A stretch of 44,875 nucleotides of DNA from a virus. Lineage: Duplodnaviria; Caudoviricetes. A program made the position numbers and the translations under genes. Position 1 is the first letter of the stretch, and each line of letters opens with the position of its first letter. The stretch covers positions 1 through 44,875 of IMG/VR virus record IMGVR_UViG_3300032280_000411; one strand, given 5' to 3'. Under the pieces are notes generated by a model that was not told the DNA's origin, ran no database searches, and saw nothing but the letters and a program-made list of their open reading frames with translations. Positions 1 to 9,371 of the stretch are shown here, piece by piece.

Positions 1-84
1 GGTGATTTCTTGGCCGATTGTAACCGCTAATGAATCAACCGCAGATTGTCTATCAGAAACTTCCTGATTTAGTCTTTGATCAAA
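1..84 (+). repeat. Terminal direct repeat copy 1 (assembly circularisation overlap)
   Basis: Identical to 44792-44875 and lies inside a coding region. Confidence 0.97.
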
Positions 85-1623
85 CGATGCATCAAAAAGC
101 TCTCTTGCAAATTGCTCTGCCATAACTGCTACTGAAATCGCTGCATCGCGGGCCGTTGCTTCAGCAATTATAGCTTGTTCACGAGCGGATGTTTCAGCAT
201 CAACTTTGCCTTCAATGCGGTCTTCTGCAAATTGCGCTCGTTGTTGTTCAAATCCGATACTGAACTGAAGATCTTGGTCTGCCGCCTGACGATCCGATAC
301 TTCTTGCGAGATACTGTTAGCGAGTCCTGTCGCAACATCAGAGCCAGCACCGATAGCGTCTGCAATCTCTTTAAGAGTGTCCAGCATGGCCGGAGCGCCG
401 TTGATCAGGTCACCAATTTTTCCATCGGTGTAAGTTTTTGAACCGGCAACTTCAGAATCGACATAAGACTTCGTCGTCGGGTCAGCTTCCAACACGCTCA
501 GACGACCAGACAATGCTCCATCAGCCGCTTGACGAGCAGACACTTCATCTGCCATTTTGCCATCGACATAGGTTTTAGTGACTGGATCAGCTTCAAGAGG
601 TTGAAGCCTTGCGCCTAATGCCGCATCTCCAGCTTGACGTGCTGTCGCTTCAGCTGTATCAGCAGCCTGTCTAGCAGCAGATTCACTAGCGATGGCTGAC
701 TGTCTAGCGGACGATTCGGCTGTATCCCCTGCCTGGCGTGCTGCAATTTCGCTATTTAGCCCTGTCTGCAATGCGGCAACAGCACTTGCTCTGGCTGTTT
801 GCTCAGAAGCAATAGATGATTGAAGCGCATTTTCAGCTGCGGTAGCTCGGCTGATTTCAGCAGTAATAGCTGATTGCAAACCGGCTTCTAAGGCTAGACG
901 ATCAGATTTTTCTTGTTCAATTTTACCGTCTAGTACTTGATCGGCTGCTTGTCTTGCAATTGTTTCTGCGTCAACTTTGTCATCTGTCTGACCGATGAGG
1001 CTCAGAAGACCTTGGCTGACAGTCTCACCAGCAGCAATGGCATCAGCAAGTTCTTTAAGTGTATCGAGTGCCTCTGGGGCAGAGTTTACAAGGTCAGCAA
1101 CCTTTTGGTCTGCATAGGCTCTTGCAGCTTGATCGCCTGCATCTACATAGACTTTAGTAACTGGGTCTGCTTCAAGAACATCAAGCCTTGCATCAATAGC
1201 TGAATCACCAGCTTCACGAAGTTCTTTCTCTGCAAGAACTTTTTGATCTATATAGTCTTTGTCTGCTGTGCTTGTTTCTAATGTCGTTACACGTTCAGAA
1301 AGAGCAGAATCACCAGCTTGTCTTGCAGCAATTTCATTTTCTATAGCGGCTGCTTGACCAAGATGTAGAGACTCTGCGTGAGCAATAGCTGCCTGACGTT
1401 GAGCATCAACATACGCTTTTCTTGCAAGCTCATTATCTGTCTGTGGGTCTAGCGCAACGACTGGTGCTTCAGGAAACTCTACTTTGTCCTGAGCATTGAC
1501 CTTGACGATCTCCTTTTCTGAACCGTCAGCCTTTGTACCTTTTAGTGCTTCACCATTTTTTAGTTTGATTTTACTTCCATCCAAAGACGAACTTTGGACG
1601 TACTTACCCTTTAAAAATGCCAT
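1..1623 (-). CDS. Long coiled-coil fibre protein, N-terminal 541 codons; continues across the junction into 44791..43643 (total about 923 aa); missing from the ORF track
   Basis: ATG at 1623 preceded by a purine-rich leader (GAGGGGAGAAGAAAGA); reads MAFLKGKYVQSSSLDGSKIKL... open to position 1; repeats RQA(G/A)D, LEADP(V/T)TKxYVD and DL(V/I)NxAPxxLDTLKE(L/I)ADAI typical of phage fibres. Confidence 0.88.
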   Translation of the reverse strand, partial: MAFLKGKYVQSSSLDGSKIKLKNGEALKGTKADGSEKEIVKVNAQDKVEFPEAPVVALDPQTDNELARKAYVDAQRQAAIAHAESLHLGQAAAIENEIAARQAGDSALSERVTTLETSTADKDYIDQKVLAEKELREAGDSAIDARLDVLEADPVTKVYVDAGDQAARAYADQKVADLVNSAPEALDTLKELADAIAAGETVSQGLLSLIGQTDDKVDAETIARQAADQVLDGKIEQEKSDRLALEAGLQSAITAEISRATAAENALQSSIASEQTARASAVAALQTGLNSEIAARQAGDTAESSARQSAIASESAARQAADTAEATARQAGDAALGARLQPLEADPVTKTYVDGKMADEVSARQAADGALSGRLSVLEADPTTKSYVDSEVAGSKTYTDGKIGDLINGAPAMLDTLKEIADAIGAGSDVATGLANSISQEVSDRQAADQDLQFSIGFEQQRAQFAEDRIEGKVDAETSAREQAIIAEATARDAAISVAVMAEQFARELFDASFDQRLNQEVSDRQSAVDSLAVTIGQEIT

Positions 1624-1656
1624 TCTTTCTTCTCCCTCAGTTTGTTTTTTAGAGAC

Positions 1657-2166
1657 TTAGTAGGAGTAAATAACGCGAAGGCGTTCTCCAACACTGAGAG
1701 TACCATCGAGTGCTTTTCCACTCCAAGAAAGTGACGTGCCTGCAACGCTGTAGTCTTGTGAATATTCTTGTGGACCGCCGCCTATGATATCTACGACAAC
1801 ATCAGAAGAAGCTTTTGGTGTGTGCATAAGTGTTACAGATTTGTTTGAAATGTTTGTATTTGTCAGGGTGATGTACTCGACAACTTGCTTAGGAGCATTA
1901 GCAGCAATCTGTGCGGTAACGTATGACTTCATAGCCGCAACACTTGCAGCCTTTGTTGTCTCATTACCAGCTGTGCTATTTACAATAAAAGCTGAAGCAG
2001 AAGGTGTAGCAGCAAAGTAAGGTAGATCGTTCCAACGAACTAAGCCTGTTCCGATCTTGACTTTGTATGTGTCAATCTCAAAACAGATTTCACCTTGCGA
2101 TATAAGCGGATTAGCTGTGGTCCAGTTTACAGCCGTGTCACGTCTAATTTGCAGTTTAACTGCCAT
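1657..2166 (-). CDS. Fibre/appendage protein with Mtd_N (hyaluronidase-N-like) domain and a C-terminal beta domain
   Basis: N-terminus QIRRDTAVNWTTANPLISQGEICFEIDTYKVKIGTG..WNDLPY matches the major-tropism-determinant N-terminal motif. Confidence 0.8.
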   Translation of the reverse strand: MAVKLQIRRDTAVNWTTANPLISQGEICFEIDTYKVKIGTGLVRWNDLPYFAATPSASAFIVNSTAGNETTKAASVAAMKSYVTAQIAANAPKQVVEYITLTNTNISNKSVTLMHTPKASSDVVVDIIGGGPQEYSQDYSVAGTSLSWSGKALDGTLSVGERLRVIYSY

Positions 2167-2168
2167 TA

Positions 2169-2375
2169 CTAAGCACCACCAGCGTCTATTTGCTCATTAC
2201 CTACGAAAACCGTTGTAGCGGCTCCGCCATCAACACTCTCAACGTCAGGTGTAATGTATGTGTTTCCGATAAACTCACGTATTTCACCACGCTCATCTTT
2301 ATACAAATAACGTCCAGATGTTTTGTCGAACCAAATTCTAAGGCCAAATTGTTTTTGATCAGCCATTACGATCAC
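2169..2375 (-). CDS. Small virion/fibre-associated hypothetical protein
   Basis: Tightly coupled in the late operon; ends in a VDGG...IDAGGA motif. Confidence 0.65.
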   Translation of the reverse strand: MIVMADQKQFGLRIWFDKTSGRYLYKDERGEIREFIGNTYITPDVESVDGGAATTVFVGNEQIDAGGA

Positions 2376-3001
2376 ACTTTAATGATATATAGAACGCCTT
2401 TGTTGATTGGCCTTGTTTCTGAGTCGCCTCCCCCTTCGATGTTGCAAGAGCCAGATACCGTATGTGTATGAGCACCTGTAGTTTGAACACCGTTGCTCGT
2501 GGGAGGACGATCGCTTAATGGTGAGCTCGAGTCACCAGTTGCAGGCCCCCAACCAGATGCACCACCACCATTACCATATGATGTCAGAATGTGTGTGTGG
2601 TTTCCTGCACTTGCAGCCGATCCTGAAACGGACCCAGTAAAAGAATTTGCTGGCCTTGATGTTAAATGCCCTTGATGACCACCAACAGTAACAGCTGTTT
2701 GATTCAAGGCTTGACCAGAGCTTCTCAGGAATATCCCTCTATAGTCAGGCACCCTAAATGTTCCAGCCGCAGGATTGGGATATGCTGCGTTTGTTGTTGG
2801 GTTTATTTGATTGTTATACGTTGTACCAAGAGCAGAAAACAGGGCAAAATAAGTTGTCTGACTATGCTCAGCTCCATCACAAAGCAACCACCCACTCGGA
2901 GCTGTGCTACCAGCAAAAGCGAAGACAGTACCAGTAGGAACTAATGACCCACCCTGGTTTACATCGCCGACACCATTTGTTAGTAAACTTACGTTAGGCA
3001 T
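2372..3001 (-). CDS. Phage tail collar domain fibre protein
   Basis: PTGTVFAFAGSTAPSGWLLCDG...YFALFSALG...FRVPDYRGIFLR collar motif, HTH (His-x-His) fibre motifs, terminal ETRPIN..YIIK. Confidence 0.9.
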   Translation of the reverse strand: MPNVSLLTNGVGDVNQGGSLVPTGTVFAFAGSTAPSGWLLCDGAEHSQTTYFALFSALGTTYNNQINPTTNAAYPNPAAGTFRVPDYRGIFLRSSGQALNQTAVTVGGHQGHLTSRPANSFTGSVSGSAASAGNHTHILTSYGNGGGASGWGPATGDSSSPLSDRPPTSNGVQTTGAHTHTVSGSCNIEGGGDSETRPINKGVLYIIKV

Positions 3002-3009
3002 ATTTTACC

Positions 3010-4692
3010 TCAGAATTTGATAATTTTGTTGCAAGACAAGTTGATAGGTCTAGTCTCAGAGTCTCCGGTAATTGTTTGAGCTGCCGCTGTTCCAGATACC
3101 GATACAGAGTGAGTGTGTGTCCCAGATGCCGCTGTGCTTGCGTTGCTTTGAAAGCTAACACCAGTAGATGCTGCTCTACCTAGACCGCTACCGCTATTCC
3201 ACACCTCAAATGTGTGACTATGCGAACCATCGCTTGATGTACCGCCACTTGCCGATACAGTACTAGCAGAGTTAGCCAAACCATTTTTAGCAGTAGCTTG
3301 TGTTTGAGAAGAACCATGAACACGACCAGCATCCCTACTAGCTGCTCCCTGAGCTGTTCCCATGTTATCGTTATAGCGGGCAAACCTTCCTCTAAAGTCA
3401 GGGATGTTAAAGTTTGCTCCACTTCCACCATATGAGTAACCGATGACGGCAAATAGCCTTGCATAAGTACCAGCCGTTGATAGCTGACGACCATCGCACA
3501 TTAAGTATCCGCTTGGAGCCGTTGTACCAGCAAAGTCAAGCAATGTACCGACTGGGTTAGTGTCACCAACGATAAGATTAGCATCTAAGCTAAGTGGCAG
3601 TGTAGCTCCTACAGCTGGAGCATTTAAAGCATAGTTTATACTTGCCGAAGCAAAGCCAGATATGGTTGGCATTACAAGCTGAATAACACCATCATTAGTA
3701 ATTGCTAAAGACATACCAGAAGGCGGGTTATCTCCAGACACCTGATAGCTTATGTTATACCCTGTACCTGCTCCGTTTTTGCTGAACTGTGCCTGAACGT
3801 AAAACTTTAGTGGAGTGGTCGCTTGAATTGAAACCCACCCAGAAAGTTCACCAGCCTCGTATGCTGATACGTTTTGAACAGTGTTTGTTGTAGTCTGAGC
3901 TAGTGGGATTGTAGTACGGACATTTGCTCCACCGACAACAGTGCCTCTCATGTTTATAAATTCAAGCACAGTCGATGTTTTTGCTACACCAACAGGCTTA
4001 CTCATTTGACCAACAACGGTAGGCTCAGTAGCGGTGATCTTTCCAGCCACACTTGGACTTAGAAAGTAAGTCGTACCAGGAACTAATGCTGATCCACTTA
4101 CGCTTACATCTACTGTTACGTCACCTGCCATTGCCAAGATAAAAGTATTGTCATCGATCTTTGACTCGAATAAACCTACTACCTCGGCTGTGTTTACAGC
4201 ATCAGCTCTAGCTTTGACATAATCCGAACCACTTAAGTACAGAGGTGCACCTGCGTCACTGTCTGTAAGTCCGTGACCTGGCTTAGTGATTGTTGCTTTA
4301 AGTGTAGCCCCGCCTCCAGCAGGTGCCCAGGTTGAGCCATTGTACACAAAGAGACTGCTTAGCGTTGTGTCGAAAACAACACGACCTGTAGTGGGACTTG
4401 ATAGTGCAAGCCTTTCCGTCGTACTAAGCCTTGGTACTTGAAGCTCTTTAGACGATGATCCCGCTGTCGGGAACTTTACGTCAACATCAGTAGCCAACGA
4501 GTTTTGTACTGTTTTACCAGTTAGCGTCTGAGTCGTATCAAGGTCTACCATCGTTTTCCAAGATGAACCTGTATAAACCCTCATCACACCAGTGGTCGTG
4601 TTTCTGTACATACGACCTGAAAACAGACTGGTTGTTGGGTCTGACTCTAACTCCTCAAGACCTCCTGCAATCAAATCACCGTAGATTAACAT
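3010..4692 (-). CDS. Tail fibre protein with C-terminal tail collar domain
   Basis: PVGTLLDFAGTTAPSGYLMCDG...FNIPDFRGRF, HSH/HTH motifs, ETRPINLSCNKIIKF. Confidence 0.88.
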   Translation of the reverse strand: MLIYGDLIAGGLEELESDPTTSLFSGRMYRNTTTGVMRVYTGSSWKTMVDLDTTQTLTGKTVQNSLATDVDVKFPTAGSSSKELQVPRLSTTERLALSSPTTGRVVFDTTLSSLFVYNGSTWAPAGGGATLKATITKPGHGLTDSDAGAPLYLSGSDYVKARADAVNTAEVVGLFESKIDDNTFILAMAGDVTVDVSVSGSALVPGTTYFLSPSVAGKITATEPTVVGQMSKPVGVAKTSTVLEFINMRGTVVGGANVRTTIPLAQTTTNTVQNVSAYEAGELSGWVSIQATTPLKFYVQAQFSKNGAGTGYNISYQVSGDNPPSGMSLAITNDGVIQLVMPTISGFASASINYALNAPAVGATLPLSLDANLIVGDTNPVGTLLDFAGTTAPSGYLMCDGRQLSTAGTYARLFAVIGYSYGGSGANFNIPDFRGRFARYNDNMGTAQGAASRDAGRVHGSSQTQATAKNGLANSASTVSASGGTSSDGSHSHTFEVWNSGSGLGRAASTGVSFQSNASTAASGTHTHSVSVSGTAAAQTITGDSETRPINLSCNKIIKF

Positions 4693-6851
4693 TAAGCGAC
4701 TCCTATCAATGTATAACTAGCTGCTGGAGGAGCAGCCTTAAAGGTTACCGTTACCTGTGTTGATGTTCGTGTAATGGTTGGATAAAGCTTTTCACCGGTC
4801 GATGTTAAGCTGAACTCCCAGATTGCTTTTGTGGCGTCTTGTAACGATGTACCTATTGTGTAGGTTTTAGTCTTTTGAACACCGTCCCAATAAAGGTCGT
4901 CTTGGACAATAGACTTCTCAGCACCGCATCGACGCCATGTGCCTCCGTCATCGACAAGAATAGTCTTGGCAGTAGCGTCATAGACAATACGACCAGCTTT
5001 TGCAGCCGAAGCACTTGGCAAGGTAACAGTGGTAGTGTTCTCAGCTCTGAGGCCAATAGCTTGACCCTTGTGATACGAGTCACCTATTTGTCTGGTAGCT
5101 GTACCGATATTGATTCCATCTGTCTCAGGCGCGAGCACGTCTCTGAACAGAACAAAGCCTTTAGCTGCGTTTATAGTTGAAGCTAAAGTCAAATTACCAA
5201 GAGGTGCAAGACCGCCATATACAAGCTGTCCAGCCCCTCTTCCCGCTAGTCTTAGATACTGAATATGGTCGTCATTAAGTAGACCTGATATTTGGCTATG
5301 TGTTATCTCGGTGTCTGGATGGTCTGCAAACCAGCACTGTTGAGCCGAACTCCAAAACAGTGTGTTGCCGTCTTGTGCAGGGCTACCATCACGCTTAACA
5401 GTAATGTTTCTCAGACTTTCAAGCTTTTCTTGGTCTAAAGCTGTACCACTTTCCAAGGCTAGAGAACCATGGAAATAAATGTCTCTAAAGTTTTGGACCG
5501 GATCACCAAGGTCAGATGTTATATTGACAGGCTTTATTACAGGCGTGTCTACGACGATACCAAGTGCTGCGTTGATATCTAAAGTATTTCCGATAGATGT
5601 AAGCCTGTTACCAAAGTCACCACCTTCAAGACTAGTGTACTTGGCTTCATTGACATCAGTAGCTATTAAGCTTGCTGACGACTTAATATACCCACCAGCT
5701 GCTATACTTTGAACAACATCAAGACCAGCCAAAAAATCGGTATTACATGACACCGATAGGCTTTGAGCTGATATTGATAGATGAGTTGCTTTTGAAATAT
5801 TGCCATCAGTCCCAATCTCAAGAATGTTATTGGGTATACCTATCTCCAAGGCATCAAAGACACCAAGTGAAGCATCAAGTGAGTTTACGTCAACAAGGTC
5901 ATTGGCATTGAAGTCGATGACATTGTTATCCGAGTCGATCTGATTGCCTGTTAGATTTAAGTTGCCGATGTTAGCGTCACCCGTTGTTACAAGGCGATTG
6001 CTTCCAAAACTAATTGTTCCACCGTCGCTGATGACATATCCGTCACCTAATGACAAGTCACCTATAAGAGTCCCAGACGCTAACTGGCTAGGGATGTCTT
6101 CAGCAAAAATATGTGTAGCCTCTATGTGACCACCAGTAAGTAGATCACAGCTACCAAACTCTATAACGCCGCTTGAGCTTTCTATAAAGTCATCATAGAT
6201 AGATATCTTATCAACAACACTCTTTAGCGAGTGTACTTCTTTAAAGCGGCTACTAACCTCACCCAAAGACCACTGATTGTCTCCAATAGGTCTAGTGTTG
6301 TCTCCAAGCTGAATATGACCAGTAGACGGACCATTACCGTCACCGCTATTAGCATAGAGATTAAGGTTAGTATTTGCAGACTTTCCACCCCATAGAGACT
6401 GTCCAGCGAGAACTCCTGAGACTGGAAGGCCGTTTTCATCGGTATCATCACGTCCACGTTTTTGTATGTATTGATCTTGTGTTACGTTCTGCCAGCTTGC
6501 CAGTATGGAATCTGACGAGAAATCAAGGTCATATATCTTGTACCATTTGCCTGGTGCTGCATCGCCTTCACGTAACTCGAAGCGATAGCTTGCACTCTTG
6601 TTGTCATTGTCATTGATAACAACACGCATATCTCCAATGGAGTTACCTGTTGTTGGTAAGTCAGCTTTTGTTGGAACAGCCTCTTTTGCGGTTGGGTAAA
6701 GGACAGCAAACAGGTGATTCATTGCCTGTGCCAAAGTAGTAACAGAGCCAGTCACAGACGGATGAGAATAGACGATATCCTCTATGTTGTGAGTAAATGG
6801 ATGTTGCGCTTGGCTAAATACTCTATGTCTGCTGTGTGAAAATATGCTCAC
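4692..6851 (-). CDS. Large beta-rich virion structural/fibre protein (719 aa)
   Basis: Gly/Ser/Asp/Ile-rich beta repeats; internal repeat GQSLWGG..NLNL / GQLVYGG..NLTL; located in the late operon. Confidence 0.7.
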   Translation of the reverse strand: MSIFSHSRHRVFSQAQHPFTHNIEDIVYSHPSVTGSVTTLAQAMNHLFAVLYPTAKEAVPTKADLPTTGNSIGDMRVVINDNDNKSASYRFELREGDAAPGKWYKIYDLDFSSDSILASWQNVTQDQYIQKRGRDDTDENGLPVSGVLAGQSLWGGKSANTNLNLYANSGDGNGPSTGHIQLGDNTRPIGDNQWSLGEVSSRFKEVHSLKSVVDKISIYDDFIESSSGVIEFGSCDLLTGGHIEATHIFAEDIPSQLASGTLIGDLSLGDGYVISDGGTISFGSNRLVTTGDANIGNLNLTGNQIDSDNNVIDFNANDLVDVNSLDASLGVFDALEIGIPNNILEIGTDGNISKATHLSISAQSLSVSCNTDFLAGLDVVQSIAAGGYIKSSASLIATDVNEAKYTSLEGGDFGNRLTSIGNTLDINAALGIVVDTPVIKPVNITSDLGDPVQNFRDIYFHGSLALESGTALDQEKLESLRNITVKRDGSPAQDGNTLFWSSAQQCWFADHPDTEITHSQISGLLNDDHIQYLRLAGRGAGQLVYGGLAPLGNLTLASTINAAKGFVLFRDVLAPETDGINIGTATRQIGDSYHKGQAIGLRAENTTTVTLPSASAAKAGRIVYDATAKTILVDDGGTWRRCGAEKSIVQDDLYWDGVQKTKTYTIGTSLQDATKAIWEFSLTSTGEKLYPTITRTSTQVTVTFKAAPPAASYTLIGVA

Positions 6852-6854
6852 CGC

Positions 6855-7076
6855 TTACCCCCAACTACCAACCCATTCGGATTCAACTTCTTTCATTACA
6901 TCAACACGATTACTTGTTCCGTAATAAGTGTACGTGGTAAGAAGTGCCGGCTCTCCATCTTGAGCCTCTGTTCTTGCTTCGTAAACAGCGATAAGCCTTC
7001 CACCATCGTCATACATCATCTTTTGTTTGACATACTCATGAAGACCAGTAGTAAGTAGGGCTGTTTGACTTTTCAT
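6855..7076 (-). CDS. Small virion-associated hypothetical protein
   Basis: GAGG RBS; directly downstream of the capsid gene. Confidence 0.7.
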   Translation of the reverse strand: MKSQTALLTTGLHEYVKQKMMYDDGGRLIAVYEARTEAQDGEPALLTTYTYYGTSNRVDVMKEVESEWVGSWG

Positions 7077-7090
7077 GATTTTACCTCAAT

Positions 7091-7114
7091 GGGAGCTGCC
7101 CGAAGGCAGCCCCC
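7091..7114 (-). terminator. Strong C(UUCG)G hairpin after the major capsid gene (partial terminator or mRNA stabiliser)
   Basis: Minus strand GGGGGCTGCC-TTCG-GGCAGCTCCC with no good U-tract. Confidence 0.65.
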
Positions 7115-7133
7115 GTGAACAAGGAACTGTGAA

Positions 7134-8372
7134 TTAAGGAATCGAGTGGATGATGCCCATCTTAGACGGCGAATGGACCACGAGCTCGCCGCGCAAAATA
7201 ACGTCAGTTACGTAAAAAAAGCCCTGCGTGGTGCGGTACGTGTGATACGCTTTTCCTTCTGGATCTTTATGAATGTAGAAGTCACCATTTGTGTGGAACT
7301 TCATAGCCGACCAGTCAACAAAGATCATAACGTCATCACGCATCTCTTGAACTGCCGCAAGTTTAACCACACCTTTTGCACCAGCTACGGTGATCTCAGT
7401 GTAGCCATATGCAGAGACTTTTGTTTCAACATGACGGAAAGCACCAGAGTTTTTCTCCAGTTGCTTCATGACATGACCCATGTGCTTATAGCTCATGAGA
7501 AGAGTCTTATCAGTTGTTCCACGTCCTTTGCGGATTACTTCGCTCCATGCGTCAAAGATCACGTCCAAAACATTTGTAGAGGACATTCCGCTTCCGTCGA
7601 TGCTTATACTTTGTAAAAACGGGTACTGGATTTTTGAAACGCCAAACAATGTTGGACTACCGCCCGCACTTGCAGGAAGAAGCTGATCAACAAGGTCAGT
7701 GAATCGGTTAGCAGCTGTTTCACCGCCGTCGATGTAAATCTTGTCACCAAGATCAACAGACGAAGCATCAACAGCAGCACCTCCACGAGTAGCCGAGACA
7801 GTCAATTTGTTGGCATTGATGTCGATAGCGACTACATAACAGGTAAGTGTGCTGTTACCAACAACTTGCAGCTTTTGGCCGATAACAAATCTTTCGGGAC
7901 GGTCAACAGCCAATACACCACCAGCTGTACCAGCAGCAGTACATTTGCCAAGGTGAGACCCTGCCAAAAGAGCCGTCGAAACAAGTTCTTTCATAGCGTC
8001 CATAAAACTATTTAAACGCTTTGGAAGGTTCTTAAGGAACGACTGTTCAGAGACAGAATCTCCTCCACCTGTTCCAGAATGCTCTTTGAGGTCTCTCTCA
8101 TGCCACTTGAGTGCCCCGCTGATCTCGCGTTGCTGTGGAGCATATCCTTTGACGAATACTGCTTCAGCAATGTCAGACTCATCTGTTAGTCCGCCAAGTT
8201 TAAAGGAGCTTTCTGCGCCACCTTCAAATGCGATTGGTAGTGGACCATCTTTCCAGCCATTGTCACGCTCTACCTTTTGCATGAGGTAGTTACGCTTGTC
8301 ATGCTCTGCCTTGAGTAGATCATAGTGAACATACTCAAGCAGCATGTTATTAAAACTTCTTGTGGTAGCCAT
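7134..8372 (-). CDS. Major capsid protein
   Basis: 412 aa, follows portal and scaffold, followed by a stable hairpin; HK97-fold-like C-terminus (GELVVHSPSKMGIIHSI). Confidence 0.8.
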   Translation of the reverse strand: MATTRSFNNMLLEYVHYDLLKAEHDKRNYLMQKVERDNGWKDGPLPIAFEGGAESSFKLGGLTDESDIAEAVFVKGYAPQQREISGALKWHERDLKEHSGTGGGDSVSEQSFLKNLPKRLNSFMDAMKELVSTALLAGSHLGKCTAAGTAGGVLAVDRPERFVIGQKLQVVGNSTLTCYVVAIDINANKLTVSATRGGAAVDASSVDLGDKIYIDGGETAANRFTDLVDQLLPASAGGSPTLFGVSKIQYPFLQSISIDGSGMSSTNVLDVIFDAWSEVIRKGRGTTDKTLLMSYKHMGHVMKQLEKNSGAFRHVETKVSAYGYTEITVAGAKGVVKLAAVQEMRDDVMIFVDWSAMKFHTNGDFYIHKDPEGKAYHTYRTTQGFFYVTDVILRGELVVHSPSKMGIIHSIP

Positions 8373-8375
8373 TTA

Positions 8376-9362
8376 TTATTCTCCGTAATTTTTATTGTAA
8401 TGTTTTTTAATATCATCAATGGACTTAAACCGTGGCTTAGTCACACTGACTCCAGCTCCATTCCCAACATTAGGAATAGTCGCTGAAACTTTTGCAGCCT
8501 GTTGTGATGGAACGACGGCTTCTTGTGTGGTCTGTTGTCCTTGACCGACGAAAGCTCCGTACTTCTGCATGAGTATGCCAAACACCTCTTGCGGAGGAGC
8601 GTAGCGTTTTTCTTTCATGTAGATGTAGTTTCCAATATCAATGGCTTCATCTTTAAATGCACCTTCTCTTCCTGCTCTTTGGTCAAAGATTGCAGCAAAA
8701 GATTGCACGTCTGGCTTTTGATAAGTTTGCTCAAATACGCTTACATGGCGCTCTAATTGGATTTGGTTTCTTTCCTCTTGTAGCTGTTCCATCTGAGCTT
8801 TGAGAGACTCTTGTTCCTGAGTTGCTTGGAGCTTTTGACGGCGAGCTTCAAGTGACGCATTGTACTGAGCAGCAAATTCGGGGTCTTGTTTTGCCCGAAT
8901 AACATTGTTGTAGTGTTGCATGATCATTTCATCATTTAACCCTACAGCTTGAATAAACTGGCCTAAGTCGGTATCACGAAGCGCCAAGAGGTTCTTTAAA
9001 CTAGATGTCTGCTCTGAATACTTTTTTTCTACATCGCTGTATCTAGTTATAGATTCTTTGGTCTTTTCGTATTTTCCTTTGAGCACATCAAATCCCATAG
9101 CACGACTAAAGACATCACGAAGTTGATCCTCATGACTCTTATCTTTAATGGTCGGCCTGATCCACTCAGGGAATTGATGAACCTTGTCATAAGCCTTAAA
9201 TTCATAGTTAGGCGTGTAGCTTTGTTGAACGGCACTTCCTGTCTGAGCGGGTTCACTGGTCTGCGATACCTGTTCAGTCGTCGGTGTGGATTCAACCGCC
9301 ACGCCTTGAGCTTCCGTACTGGCACTTGATTCTGTTGCTGGGCTTGCATTTTCTTCCGTCAT
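8376..9362 (-). CDS. Capsid scaffolding protein
   Basis: Low-complexity acidic N-terminus and Q/E/K-rich coiled coil; lies between portal and capsid genes. Confidence 0.75.
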   Translation of the reverse strand: MTEENASPATESSASTEAQGVAVESTPTTEQVSQTSEPAQTGSAVQQSYTPNYEFKAYDKVHQFPEWIRPTIKDKSHEDQLRDVFSRAMGFDVLKGKYEKTKESITRYSDVEKKYSEQTSSLKNLLALRDTDLGQFIQAVGLNDEMIMQHYNNVIRAKQDPEFAAQYNASLEARRQKLQATQEQESLKAQMEQLQEERNQIQLERHVSVFEQTYQKPDVQSFAAIFDQRAGREGAFKDEAIDIGNYIYMKEKRYAPPQEVFGILMQKYGAFVGQGQQTTQEAVVPSQQAAKVSATIPNVGNGAGVSVTKPRFKSIDDIKKHYNKNYGE

Positions 9363-9371
9363 AAATTCTCC

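Noticed and set aside
1-84. 84-bp terminal repeat as a biological direct terminal repeat
   Set aside because: It lies in the middle of a fibre gene that reads in frame once one copy is removed, which is typical of an assembler overlap
168-1203. Short ORFs listed at 168-365, 175-441 and 937-1203
   Set aside because: Alternate-frame or antisense shadows of the junction-spanning fibre gene; the same applies to most short antisense ORFs inside long genes throughout the window
1657-4692. Diversity-generating retroelement, suggested by the Mtd_N domain and paralogous fibre C-termini
   Set aside because: No reverse transcriptase, and no template/variable repeat pair differing only at adenines; the paralogues differ at all base types
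2372-4692. Invertible tail-fibre cassette (Gin/Cin type)
   Set aside because: Both collar genes are co-directional with their own starts; no invertase or flanking inverted repeats seen
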